From Eledone cirrhosa (taxonomy: Eukaryota): 64,000 nt of DNA. Positions 38,528-52,445 of the stretch are shown here, in pieces. The stretch covers positions 285,200,001-285,264,000 of the forward strand of contig OZ024741.1 of the NCBI GenBank assembly GCA_964016885.1, given 5' to 3'. The notes below the pieces were generated by a model. That model was not told where the DNA came from. It saw only the letters and a list, made by a program, of their open reading frames with translations, and did not search any database. Both the position numbers and the translations under genes were made by a program. The stretch's first letter is position 1. Each line of letters starts with the position of its first letter.

Positions 38528-41500
38528 GCATTGTGTGAAGCATCACGTGGTATTGTGATTTTGTCAACTAATTTATATATACATCACAGTTTATTACATA
38601 TTTTCTACACAAATGCTTCAAGTGTGAGTAAAATATTTTGTTGTTTGCTGTTGTAAATATTTAAAAAAGTTTTTTCTGTCTCTTGAGTTTCATTTTATTG
38701 GACTCTTTTTGCTCTCATTTATTTCATACATATGTATATATATGCACATGCATAAATTTAATAAATGCAGGATTACCTTAATACATGTCTGCATACATAC
38801 ATGGTTACATTAATACATATGTCTACATTCATACATACATACTTACATACATATGTATATGTGTACACAAACACACACACGTATGTGTGTGAGTAATGCA
38901 TGCGTTGGACCTCCATCAGTTTTTAAACATTTGACAAACACATGTACCTTTAACATAGTTCTCAGGAAGATTCAGTTTGGCACAGTGTGTGACAAGGCTG
39001 ATCCATTGTATTAACACAATTTTGCCAGCTGAGTGGACTGAAGCAACATGAAATAAAGAAGTTTGCTCAAGGGCACAATGTGCCACTGGGAGGTGAACTT
39101 ATGACCTTACAATCATGAACTGAACGACACAACCACCAAGTCTCTCTTTCTCTCTCTCTCTCACACACGTGCACGACAGCTGTTAAGATGCTATCGAGTA
39201 TAACCACTTTTTGCATTCCTTCATCCTTCTAATGATGCACAATCAGGTGAGGAATATATACACTGGCTCCACCTATCATACACTAATACCTAGTCAACAT
39301 AGAATAGAATAGCACAGGTAACTGGAAAATAACAGCTGCTACAACTTATACTATCTGACGAAAGTACACAAGTCGTAGTATTTTATTGTCAAAGATGGAC
39401 GTGTTACTCTGATTGCAGCAACTTGAAGCTTTATTGTTTATATGTGGCTGCAAAAAGCCTGGCTTTTATTTCTTGCAGAGAGCTAGAGGTGCGGCAGACT
39501 GAGATACAAAATAAAGAAAAGTCTACACCAGTACTAAACTGGGAATTTATTTATTGTTCCACAACCAAGGAAGGAAAATCGAAGTTGACCTCGAAGGGAT
39601 TTAAATTGAGAGTATACATCTGACACGAACAGCGCAAAAAGCATTCTACTGGATGCTCTAACAATTCAGCCAATTCGATATTGTCCTATTGCAATATGTG
39701 TGTATGGGCCTGCAGCTTGTAAGGCCGGCGTCGTGACATACAAGTCATGGTTACTTTAAACCTCGTAGAGCCTATTCGTTTTCGATGTCTGAATACAGCC
39801 GAGTTCTTTCAGCAAAGGGGAGAGTGTGAGAGGAAGTAAGAAAGACATAGAGGAAAAATCGAACTTAGTACTGACTGGTACTTATTTTTTTTATCGAGTT
39901 CAAAACTATGAAAAGCAAATTTGGCCTCAGCGTGATTTGAATTCAGAGAATGCTGTACGTTAGAACGAATACTGCAAAGCATTCTATCTGATGATCTAAT
40001 GACTCTGCCAATGTCATACTGTTCTACGTCGAATAGCTTTATTGGTGCCAAAAGTTGAATCCCTGAATTGCAAGCCGTAGTATCACTGCATACATCCCAC
40101 AGCTTGGTATTCTGTGTTACGACTTATACTTTGTTCCTATATACAGCTTCATGACACAGTGCAGTAAAAAGTGAAAGGTTGCGAACTTGCTTTTACATTG
40201 TTTGTATACTTTACTGTCAGTTCCTAAATAATCGCAGGATATTGCTGAGTTACCTCCCATGGATCTGTTTGATGTTCTGTTAATTATCTCCCATTGAAAT
40301 GTTCGGCAAGGGAGTTAACTCTTCATCGGCTGTTTATATCAAGCCTGTTATTTGAGTTGAAGCTGATTATTATATAAGGTTGAAGTTTCTTTTATTTATT
40401 ATTGCGTTAAGAACATGATCTTTTAACACCAGTGTCCACATGGAGAGGCACGACAGACTGTATTGATATATTTATATACTTTGTATTTCAGTTTTATTTG
40501 ATTCAGCATATAGAAAAATGAAAATTTATTGAGGTTTTATTTCGAAGTTCAAAAGATTATGTGGTTTAATTTTTCATAGCTACAGTCCTGTTCTGTAGTA
40601 GAAATAAAGATGTGTCAACACAGTCCCTCATCTTTTCAGTAGGCAATGCCAGCGAAACAGTCACATAGAGTGCCTGAACCTTAAAATACCACAATGTTAT
40701 GCAAATTTAAACAATAAAATATATAATTTTCTGCGATTGATAAATAAATTACAAAATATCTTTACTACGTAACAAAGATCCAAAATTATATTTTACGACG
40801 TCTAACATGATTCGCGTAGCTGAATCTGGACTGTGTAGCATAAAATGCAAGTATAGTAACTTTTTCAATATGGTTCGAAAAAGAAATGTCGGAAGCTAGG
40901 TTTGTCAGTTTGCCAAACTATAAGTTGAAACATTTTTATTTAACGAAAGATGTACACATTGTAGGGCGCTAAATACCCGGACTTAGGTCTCATGAGGTGA
41001 CATATTTAGATTTATTTTCATCTTTAATATGCTCACGCTTAAAAGACTGGCTGATTGGTTGATCATCGCATAAAATGTTGATAGTTGCGTTCTTTTGTGT
41101 CTCAAATTTCAGAATTCAAATTTCGCTAAGACTAGGTTTTCCTGTTACCCTTACAGTGTAAAAAAATAAAATAAAGTGCCAGTTAAGTTCTGATGTCGAT
41201 ATAATCGATTATATTCCTCTCTCGATTTCTGCTACTTGTGTTAAAAAAAAATCAATATATTGAAACTTAAATGTCTCTTGGTTTCTATTTATATTCTCCA
41301 GTAGAAATCAAGGTGTATAAGATGTCGTTAAGCTCAACTTTGCCATTGATCCTTCTGGGAGTCGATAAAATATAGTATTAGGAAATTACTGAGGTCGATT
41401 TAATCGACAAATCCCCGCCTCCAAAAATGTTGGCTTTGAGCCTAAATTAGGAACAAATATTTTAAAATATGTTGGGTATTTTTTTTATTGTTGGTGGTTT

Positions 41501-41896
41501 TGCTATTTTAGCTTTAAATCCCAAACCCCAGTTTAATATTTTTATAAATTCAGTTTGGACAGCTGAAGCGGAGGTGATGATGGTGGTTTGGGGCAAAATG
41601 CTGTTTTTATTTTATTTTATATATATTTTTTTCTCTTTTCCTCACTCAGTGTCTTAAACAAACTCTGCTGAAATAAATATAAAACATTAGTCTCCCATCA
41701 TTTGGGATATTTTGTCTATTTGGAAATTTCTCTTGAAACAATCTAAATGAATATCAATAAAAATTGTTATTGTTCCTCAAATAATTCCTTATTTTTGTTT
41801 TATATATAATTTTTTTTCCTGTCTGTCTCACCGAGATCAATTTTGCCTTCCACCCTTTTGAAGCTGATAAAGTACCAGTTTAGTACTGGGGTTAAT

Positions 41897-41980
<84 letters not shown>

Positions 41981-44900
41981 CTATGTTCAAACCTGGAGAG
42001 GGATGGGCTTCACCTTACACATCCTATCTCACTCTAGAGCTCCAATGACCCAATCAGGTGTTAAGTGTCCATAGCTTACACTGATATATTTGAACTAATC
42101 TTCTCACCAAGATTGTTATAGTTTCAGTGGGGATGGGCATGTTATTCGATTAAATCGATCTCAATATACGAATAGTTTTTATTTTATCAACTCTAATAGG
42201 AATCACCGTATACAATCGGCCAAAATAGAGTGTTCTCGAAGAGTCTTTGGAGTAACATTTCGCAATAAAGTGCATAGCTCAGAGATAAGAGTGTTGCCCG
42301 AGGTAAAGCCGCTTCTTTTCCGAATCGAGGGATCACAGCTGTGATACTACTTTCAGCGATTCTTTCTCGGCAAATAATCGCAGAATAGATCTTGCGAGCA
42401 AAGCTAACCGGCAGGAGACCTGGAGGTACACCACAAGCAAGATGGGTGGATAACATCAATGAGCTTGGTAGGTATTGGTTGGGGATCTAGCTAGATCAAT
42501 TGGAGATGGTTGTTTCTAATAGGACCCTCTAGAATGTTATTCACACAAAGCAACAATGAGAAGGTTCACTCTTTGTGTAGCTGAAACTTCAGTTTGACAG
42601 GAATATCAATCCTAAGATGTGTAATTAAACATTTTGTGTAATATATATAAACAATAAAATATACTATTTCATTTGTGTTAGTTTCTTATTTCAGTTTTGT
42701 ACCTAATGGCAAAATTGACATTTTTGGTTAAAAAAATGATTTCCTGTTTAACAAAAAGAAAGAAAAAAACCTTGACGTGATAGAACATTTCTGGTGCCAT
42801 TTCTAAACTCTGCACCAACAAAGCAGGAACAATTGTAATGAGCAATACAACTTAAGGTGTTTTCGAAAATGTTCCTCGGTGTTATAGCTGTGGAATGTCT
42901 AGAAGCAGTCTCATCTTTTATTATCAGTAGCACTAATAGAGGTGTATATGATGGCACAGGTAATAAGTGTTTCTACTTTTGGTACAAGGCCAGCAATTTC
43001 TCCAGTGCATTACTGGTGCTTTATATTATCGACCTCGTGAAGATGAAAGACATATATAAATTTCGCCATCACTGTTTTAAACTCTGATAATATCTCAGTT
43101 TCTAATCCTTCATTGGTGATAGTTATTCACTTGGTACTTAGACTACAATATGCTATAGCTTATATACTTTATGTGTATAAAATATCTGCTAGAGATACTC
43201 ATTTGCGTATAGTGCAACTTAAACGTTACTGGGGTTAATTGGCAGTAACAATAACACAAAATTATTCATAACGGGTGTATATGTATGTATATTTGATATA
43301 TTTATGTATAATAAATATGTCACGCTGTGATTGCTGTACGCTCTGACCATTTCATCTCCTTCTCACTAGTCGTGTGAGAACGCCAGACACTATTGTATTA
43401 AGAAATTATGTCCAGAAAAACCAACCTGTAGTTCATATCCAGAACGATTATTTTCAAATTAACAACAATTTCATTCACCTCAATTTTGTATAGCAAAAAG
43501 AAACACCGTGATCATAGTTGAATAGAGGCAGAACTTAGGCGTGGAAGTTAAAGTCGCAAGTGACGGAGACCCCATCTAAATTTATAGCTCTCAGATATTT
43601 CAACCATAACTTTACGAGTGGACCAAGCATTAGGTTCCATATTTTAATTCATTCAATTATCAGAATACTTCTAGTTGAATAATTTATTCCGACTTACCAA
43701 TCTTCCAATGAGAGGCAGCGCATTGTTAGAGTCATTACAACGTCGGATAGAATGATTTGTGCTATTCGTTACGAATTTCTGAGTTCAAAAACCCACCAAG
43801 GTCAACTTTACTTTTCATTCTTTCGAGGTCTGTAACGAAAGTACCAATTCAGTACTTCTTTCTCTATACCTTTTTCTCCATCAGGTTTAAAATGCCCAAG
43901 AGATACTCTTACGGCACCATCAGGATTTACAGATCCATACATACACAGAATCTCACATCGCAGCCTGTATATTTTGGAGTCGCACAGAAGGCTTTTCGAT
44001 CTACTTACTTGGCATCAGCGCAAAACTGAGATCGAGGAGCTATTGGACCTAACAGTCTGATACACACTTTATGTCTCCAACATTTGTAATCGAACGTTGC
44101 ATCAAAATTCGCTCCACTGAGTTTGCTGGTTGCAATCGTACTCGGAAATAGTTCTTTTGATATGATGGAGGCCTTATTCCGTAACTAGCAGGGATATTAA
44201 AAAGAACTGCTTGCCACTTGAAATGCTATTACGTGTGAAATATCTCGAGCATAAACTTATTTCTACTATCCAGTCATCCAAGCAGATTAAAGAATTGATG
44301 TACTTTAATATCATTTGTTCCTCTTGTGGGTTATTGTTTTAGATGCTAATTTTATACTGTATTTAGCTGTTGAAATTGATGTTTTTTACTATTATTTGTT
44401 GTTTAGGTCAAGGTTGATACATAATAATTGTTTCTATTTTTGATACAAGGCCAGCAATTATCCCAGTGCATCACTGGTGCTTTATTTTATCGACGCCATA
44501 AGGATGAAAGGCAAAGTTAACCACGGTAGGATTTGAACTTGGACCATAAAGGGACGTAACTATATGATGCAAAGCATGGTATCCGACCCTCTACTGAATC
44601 TGCCAATTCACCACCTTTGATACTTAATAATGCATTCCAGTCATGATCATCCCATCTTATTGGTGTAGTGCTTCTATAACTACATCAACCAATCTATTCT
44701 TCACGTGTTCACGAAGATTTTCTCTGATTAGATGGAGATTTAGTTGCAATTTCTAACATGTTGAGCAATCAAATAGTGAACCTTTTGTGATTACAGCCTT
44801 TAGGCAGTTGCGGTTGCCGAAGATGTAGAATGTTGGGTACTTCTGCTTTTTTCCTCTAGCCTGAAGCTTATCTTTTGTAGTCTACCTATTGGAATGATAT

Positions 44901-46354
44901 CTGATATAGATTTGTAGTTCTTAAGAATCGTTAATGCCGAAAACTTTATTTATACTTTAGTCACTAGAAAAAATATAGAGTATCTGAATACTTCAACATC
45001 TTTGTAAACACCGCAACTACACAGGAAAAGTAAATTGCATGGATTTTTCAAAATGTTTACAAATAAGAATTGCATTAAATGTTATTAACTTGTTTTAGTT
45101 GCACTCGCATTTTCAAAAGGAACATTGTCAGGACCGTCGTAAGGCATGGACATACTCGCAAGTAGCCCGGGGGCTCATCATGTCTAGAGATCCAATGATA
45201 ATCTATGTATGTTGTGTTTGTGTATGTTGGGCACTTAATGCATTGGTTTATTCGGGAGCCCACCGAGTGTAGGGATCTGTATATGCTGAGTTTGTGTATT
45301 TAGGGGATCCATTGGATCTAGGAGATCAATGCCTACCTTTGTATGCTGTAGTTATGCATGTAGTGTATTGGTTGCCTCGATACCTTTAATGCTGTTCTGA
45401 CGACTATGAAGGTAGTATTTAAAAAAAACAACAACTTACTTCATAGGAATTAAAAGTTTTTTTATAAGATTTTAAGAATGCAAAGAGAATTTACTGTTAT
45501 TTCCTGCTTCCGCCATTCATCATATTTTCCAAGACTTTAAGTTCATATTCTAATCGTTGCAGAGCACAAGCCTATAAAGATGTAGAAACTGTTTTTTCTC
45601 TTGTTGCGGTTACAGTTGCTGCTACTTACGACTATATTGCTTTCGTCGTTTGTGCACTTTTGGCTGCAAACTCTGTTTTAGATGTTTTTCTTTCTATTCG
45701 TCTATTGTTTCTATATGTGTAAGTCTCTGTCATTTTTATTATTGTAGTTATCGTTTCTGTTATTATTGCTATTTTTGCTAATGCACCCTTTGTTGTTGTA
45801 AGTAATTTTCAAATGAACCTCATAAGCATTCAGTTTCTTTGTACACACATGTTTTCACCTTATAACACCGTTGATATTGAAATTCTTGCTATCATGGAAG
45901 TTTTCTTTCTTATTCACCGTCATACGCCATTAAGCAAATAACACTCATATCACAGTAATGGCTGAGACGGAATTCTACATTTCTTTGATTGACTTGTCAA
46001 AGAAAGCTACAAATAAAACTTTCAATTCCCCAGTACGTGTTTTATTTAAATAACTCAATAAAAAACAGTAAACAAAACAAATATGCCCCTTGCAACTATG
46101 AAAACCATGAAGAAACCGAAAACACACGACAAACACCATCGCCACCCAACAATATTAATCTTTTACACTGCTACAAGATGAAAATCAATATAGTAATAGT
46201 AAAATAATTGAATGATTGGGGACTAGTTGATTAAAATGACCTCTGACTGGCATTTATTCTATCGCTCCAGGAGAGATGAAAATTAGATTGTAGAGAGAAG
46301 AAATTGACCAATGCTTGGTAATACATTTGTTATATACAATATATAATATATTTG

Positions 46355-47780
46355 TTAACCCATTAGTTTCTAACTATGACACAAAGCCAGAAAGTTTGGA
46401 GGGGAGGGGGTCTGGACTGGTACTTTACTTTATCGACCCCGGAAAGAAGAAAGGCAAACTTGATCTCGGTGGTATTTGAACACAGAACGTAAACAGTTGT
46501 AATGAATATCGCAAAGCATTCTATCCAGCGTTCTAACAATTCTGCTAATTTGCCACGTAAGAAATACCATTTGAGCCGGAAGAAATACTACAAAACACTT
46601 CGTCCAACGCCATAATAACTCTGCCAACTCATCACCGTCTTAAGTTCAATAACAACAAGACCTAACCCAAGTACTTAACTAGTATTTTATTTTATTGACC
46701 CTAGAATGATGAAATCCAAAGCTGACCTCGGTGGAATTTGAACTCAGAACGTAGAAAATTGAAATTGAATACTACAAAAGAATTTTGCCCGATACTCTAT
46801 CGATACAGCCAACCCAGAATCTACACTAATTATTTATAACATAGGCACAAACCAGCAATTTGAAGAAAGGGGGAAACAGCTTAACAAGTAGTTTACTTTT
46901 AGGATGCAAAGCTAAGATGACCTCGGCGAAATTTGAACTCAGACCGCAGACAGTCAGAACAAATAATGTAAAGCTTTCTATCGGGTGCTCAAAATCCAGC
47001 GCCTTTATGATTCTCGTAATAATTCGTTCTGCATTTGGCATAAGGCCAGCAATTTGAACGGAAAAGGGGAAAGACGATTACATCGACTCTATTATTTGAT
47101 TGGTACTTTATTTTATCGACACCGAAAGGATAAAAGGCAAAGCTGTCTTCGACGAGATTTGAACTCAGAAAGTAAGGAAATGGAAGAAACACCTACTTCA
47201 AAATATTTTGTTAGATGCGTTACCGATTCTGCCAATTCATTGCCTTTAAGAGTCTAGTAATAATTGTTTCTACTTTTGGCACAAGGCCAGCAATTATCCA
47301 GTACATTACTGGTACTTTATTTTATCGACCCCGTAAGGATGAATGGCAAAGTTTACTTCGACCGGATTTGAAGTAGGAACAGAAAGTGCTGCAACTTAAT
47401 GCCGCAAAGTATTTCGCCCAATACTCGAACAATTATGGCAATCCACTGCTGTTGTTGCTGCTACTGCTGCTGTTGCTTGCTGCTGCTGCTGCTGCTACTG
47501 CTACTGCTGCTACTGCTACTGCTACTATTACTACTACTACTACTACATTTGAAATAATTCCATTTAACCGTTTTTTTTCATTCACTGCTGACGAAAGCCT
47601 TAACAAGCTCTTGGGGCTATGTTAAGGCAGCGAACTGGCAGAATCGTTAGAACGTCGAGTAGATAGATTTGCGGTATTTGTTTCGGCTCTCAGCGATCTC
47701 TGAGTGTAAATTCTGCCGAGGTCAACTTTGCCTTTTTATCATCAAGGTCGATAAAATAAGTACCAGTCCCGTAGTGGTGC
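46355..47780. mobile_element. Dense cluster of tRNA-derived SINE copies
   Basis: Repeated tactttattttatcgacc...aaaggcaaa...gaactcagaa motif, mostly - strand, one + strand copy at about 47625. Confidence 0.8.
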
Positions 47781-49216
47781 CCATATCATTTCCTCTTTCT
47801 CACTCGCTCTCTTATTCTCTGGAAGAAATCGGCTGCGATCAGTCCTGAAGAGGGGATGGACTGTCCCGGCTTTAAAGTGTCCATGACCTGCCGTATTAAG
47901 TATGGTGATCCTACGACTCTAGAAGGAGTTACGGGTTCAAACACACATACATACAATTTGTTATACATAATCAGGATTTATACATGAATGGTAAATTGGG
48001 AAGATACATCGTTCTCGCTCTTCTCAGTGCTATTAATTACATAAGGAAGACGATAATTGCAGAGAAAGTTGTAAAATTATTTGTAAAAACGTTGTTTGTT
48101 TCTGTTCTGAATACAAATCTCATTGAAGTCAACTTTGCATTTCATTATTCCAGAATCGAACTTAAAAGTAAATAAAGTCCCAGATTATAATGTATCACGT
48201 ACCATCTTGGAGGCGCGTTGCTTAGTAGTAAGGGTGCTGGACTTACGATCATAATGTCGTGGGTTCGATTCCTGGGCTGGGTTGCATGTTATGATCTTGA
48301 ACAAAACACTTCATTTCACGTTGCTCCTGCATACGCATCTGTAAATGAATAGCAGCACTGGCTGGGGGTTTAACCCTGCGATGGACTGGCGTCCTGTCCA
48401 GAGGGGAGTCTTGTATTCTTAATCGCTTCCAGAAATGAAACCGCGATAAGCGCCGGTCTAACGAGCCTTCTGGCTTAAGATAGAATTTTAGACGTACTGT
48501 GTTTGGTATTTGCTGATACCATATTTTTTCAGTGATTCAAAGTTTCAGCATATTCTCCAGTGTTTATAATTGTCGACCCAATCGTGTTCTTGGTTGTACT
48601 CTGAATTTGTCAAAACTTGGTAGCCATTAAAGATGTTTTTGAATGCCTAACAGAACTTACTAATTGCATAATGTCTACACACATACATGCATGATGGCAG
48701 CTTCCCACATACATAAATTTATATATGGCGGCTGTCAACTTGCTAGTGAGTATGATTACATTTTCTCATTCCCTCACCCTTCCCATGATGTGTATTCAAG
48801 ATTCCACTTTCCAGACAATGACGAGCACTTCAACGTAGAGCTGTCGGGGAATCGAACACAGCCTAGTTACTAGGCTGTGTTCGATTAATGTACTAGGCCC
48901 TAGTACATTAATCCTTATATCATGCGACTTCACGTGAACATATAAATATTAAATAATAAATGCAATAATGATAAGAACACTGATGATGATGAGTTTATTT
49001 TTGTTCGTAGTAATAATATTTCGTTAGGTTTAGTTTATTTCCGATTCAACAGACAACCATGAAAAGGGTTAAGTGTAGGAACAGAGAACAATTTTTCTTG
49101 GTAGTTCTCAATGATTTAAACGTTGTCACCTCCTCACAAGGTACACTATACAGTGCTGATTTCATATAACTACAGGGTATGTGCTGGCAACTCTTTTGAT
49201 TATTGTAGATAGATAG

Positions 49217-49264
<48 letters not shown>

Positions 49265-49607
49265 TTATTTCTTTCATATATATATATATATTTGTTTATA
49301 TATATATGTGTATGTATATACATATGTATGAATATACATACATACACACACACACACATATATATGTATATATGTATGTATGTATATTTATATACAAACA
49401 TACAGTAAAAAAAGGAAGAAATAGAGGAATAAATATACAGTTGGGTAGAAAGTAATTACAAAAACATTATATATAGGGTGCGAGACGTTGTACCAGTATA
49501 TACATTGCTAAACATACATATATACATATATAGACAGAGAATTACAAAGACGAAGAATGTAGGTACATACATGCATACAGGAAAACGTATAAATTGACTC
49601 ATACAGA

Positions 49608-49668
<61 letters not shown>

Positions 49669-49771
49669 CAGATGGGTGGATATATAAATTGTTAAATTGT
49701 TAGAAACACACGTACACAAACGTCTCTCTCTCTTCCCATATATATGTATTTATGTATATACATATGTGTAT

Positions 49772-49833
<62 letters not shown>

Positions 49834-49869
49834 ATGTTTATATATATATATATATATATATGTGTGTAT

Positions 49870-49947
<78 letters not shown>

Positions 49948-49976
49948 TCTTGAAACTTCTAACAATATCTAAATTC

Positions 49977-50054
49977 CTGAAGATATGTAAAGCAAGAGAC
50001 AGATACGTCGTATGTATCGTGGTATGGCCCGCCGCTCTATATTGAAACATATGT
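49977..50054 (+). ncRNA. Hammerhead motif truncated at its cleavage triplet
   Basis: CTGAAGA-tatgtaaagc...gctctatatt-GAAAC-atat-GT then (GT)n; no stem I 3' strand. Confidence 0.45.
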
Positions 50055-50311
50055 GTGTGTGTATGTTTTGTTTCCCCGTCCAATGATTCGAAATCCCGAT
50101 CTATACTGTTATTTTCTTGTCCAGTATCTATTGTATTTTCATCACAAATAGCTCTCTTACTTTTAGAAACTATTGATGTGCTGGGAAGAAGAGTCCTAAG
50201 GTATCCAAAACTATGGAAACACCGGTTCGACAGCCGATAAGAGGGAGTTATCCGTGAATCTGTCTTTTCCAAGTTTTCTGTGTCTTTCATATGTCCTGCG
50301 TCTTATTGTTA

Positions 50312-50389
<78 letters not shown>

Positions 50390-50554
50390 TTTGTTTTCAA
50401 ACAGCGAGTAAGTTTGAAATAGAAATAGAAGCTTTCGCCGAATTTTTGTCTAAATAGATTTTAGCCTGATAGTAGGATTTAGAACCCTCTCAGAAATGGA
50501 AAAGAATGAGTATTGACGTACACACACACACATATATATATGTATGTATGTCTG

Positions 50555-50618
<64 letters not shown>

Positions 50619-50728
50619 GTATATATATATATATATAAGAAAATGTTAGACCCACTCTACTACCCTAATTATTGAGTACTCTGGTGCGTTATGGTCCATT
50701 TGTTTCCTTACTTACCACACCTCCTTCG

Positions 50729-50780
<52 letters not shown>

Positions 50781-50917
50781 TGTGTATGTGTTGGTTGTTT
50801 ACCGACACCTTACTATGCAGGTTGGAACACTCGACGAAGTACCCAGGTTGGTTTGTTTACTCCTGAGTAATGTAAAATAAGTAAGTCAAACATGTTAAAT
50901 TTGGCTTCGTTTATTAT

Positions 50918-50970
50918 CTGCTATATATATTTCAGTGACAGCTATTGTTGGCTGTGACCTCTTCAGGCAG
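50918..50970 (-). ncRNA. Minimal type I hammerhead ribozyme motif
   Basis: ctgc-CTGAAGA-ggtcacagc-caacaata-gctgtcact-GAAA-t-atat-a-TA-gcag; 4-bp stem I, stem II 8 of 9 paired, palindromic stem III loop. Confidence 0.7.
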
Positions 50971-51114
50971 TACGAATTAATGTAGAAAGAACAGGTAAAC
51001 ATGGTGTTGAAATGTGTTCCTCTCTGTCAATTCATCGATATTTCCAGCTCCTGGGTGTGTTGTTAGTCCTACGAGGAACTGGAATCATATGTTTATATAT
51101 ATATATATATATAT

Positions 51115-51172
<58 letters not shown>

Positions 51173-52209
51173 ATATGATTCCAGTTCCTCGTAGGACTAA
51201 CAACACACACAGGAGCTGGACACACATATATATATATATATATGTAATGTCTCTATGCTGTTTATAAATCTCTATATATGTATATGTCTTCGAATAAAAC
51301 CGCTGAGATATAAAACCTTTTCTAGATGCATGAGAAGCCCGCAATATGTTTATTATATAGAATGAAAAAGAAAACATGATTAAAACGATTATGCACTACT
51401 CTATAAGAATGGTGCTTAATAATTATTGTATTGCTATAATCGACTCCTGTAAAGAACAGCAACATGCATCTAGATTTGAACATTAAATACGGTCAAATTA
51501 AATCCCCTGATCTCCACATGAACTGAATAATTATAAAGAAAATCAGTTTCAGCTAATGAATTTTCATCGAACTTGCGTGTTTTGACAAATGTTGTAGATA
51601 TCAGCTACCTATAGCATTGCTACTACAATAATACGAACCCAAACAGTATGGGGAAATGATTTCTGGTGGGCAGAACCCTAGGCAAAAACCACCTTGCGGC
51701 CCCAGCGGACAAATTAAAAAAACATTACCCCGAAGAATTGCGAGCGAGATACGGGTGGGGATCACTTCTGCCTGTGACCAATTTTGCCCTGATAACAGAG
51801 ATTAAGGAGGTGATACGAGGACCAAGAACGCATGAATTATCTACCGCTACTGATTCATCTCACCGGGAAAACGAACACAAGATGTTGGCTATTGTAATGT
51901 CACTCACGTTCGGATCTTAATTTAGTCATTGTCTCATGATCCCACCCAGTGCTATACCACGACACAAGGAGTTCTGGAGTGTGCAATACTTTTCCAGAAC
52001 AACTGGCATATTATTTAATTATAATTCATGCTCTATATCTCTTTCTTACTTCCTCTCTAACAATCTCACTCCTCCTCTGAAAGAAATTGGCTGTGTTCAA
52101 ACCTGAAGAGGGATGCACTCTGTCAGGTTTTAAAATGTTCAAGAAGCACTATATGTCACTACGACACCCCTACAATTCCACCAGGAGTTACTGGTCAATA
52201 CATAGATAG

Positions 52210-52445
52210 AAACCAAAACTATCATAGTTACTTCATGGATGTTACTTCTGACTTGTGTAATGATCTGTACTACTCTTACCAGAAACCAACTGAGTACCTT
52301 CGTTACATACGTAAGTTACCGAATCACCCTTTATATATTATTATTAAGGACTTCGTTCGTAATATATCGCTTAGATTATTTCAAATATCTGGTAACGAAC
52401 ACATTTTCAAAGACCATATATATTACATTAGAGCTTAAACTATAA
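52210..52445 (+). mobile_element. Penelope-like element reverse transcriptase fragment
   Basis: MDVTSDL...YYSYQKPTEYLRYIRKLPNHPLYIIIKDF.RNISLRL..IS.NE.IF resembles the PLE RT thumb consensus (FLDV.F.L...Y.PYRKP...YI...SNHP..I.K....I..RL..ISS.E..F). Confidence 0.7.

Noticed and set aside
47588-47640. CTGACGA followed by a gccttaaca/tgttaaggc hairpin
   Set aside because: No GAAA or NUH; the right side is the start of a SINE.
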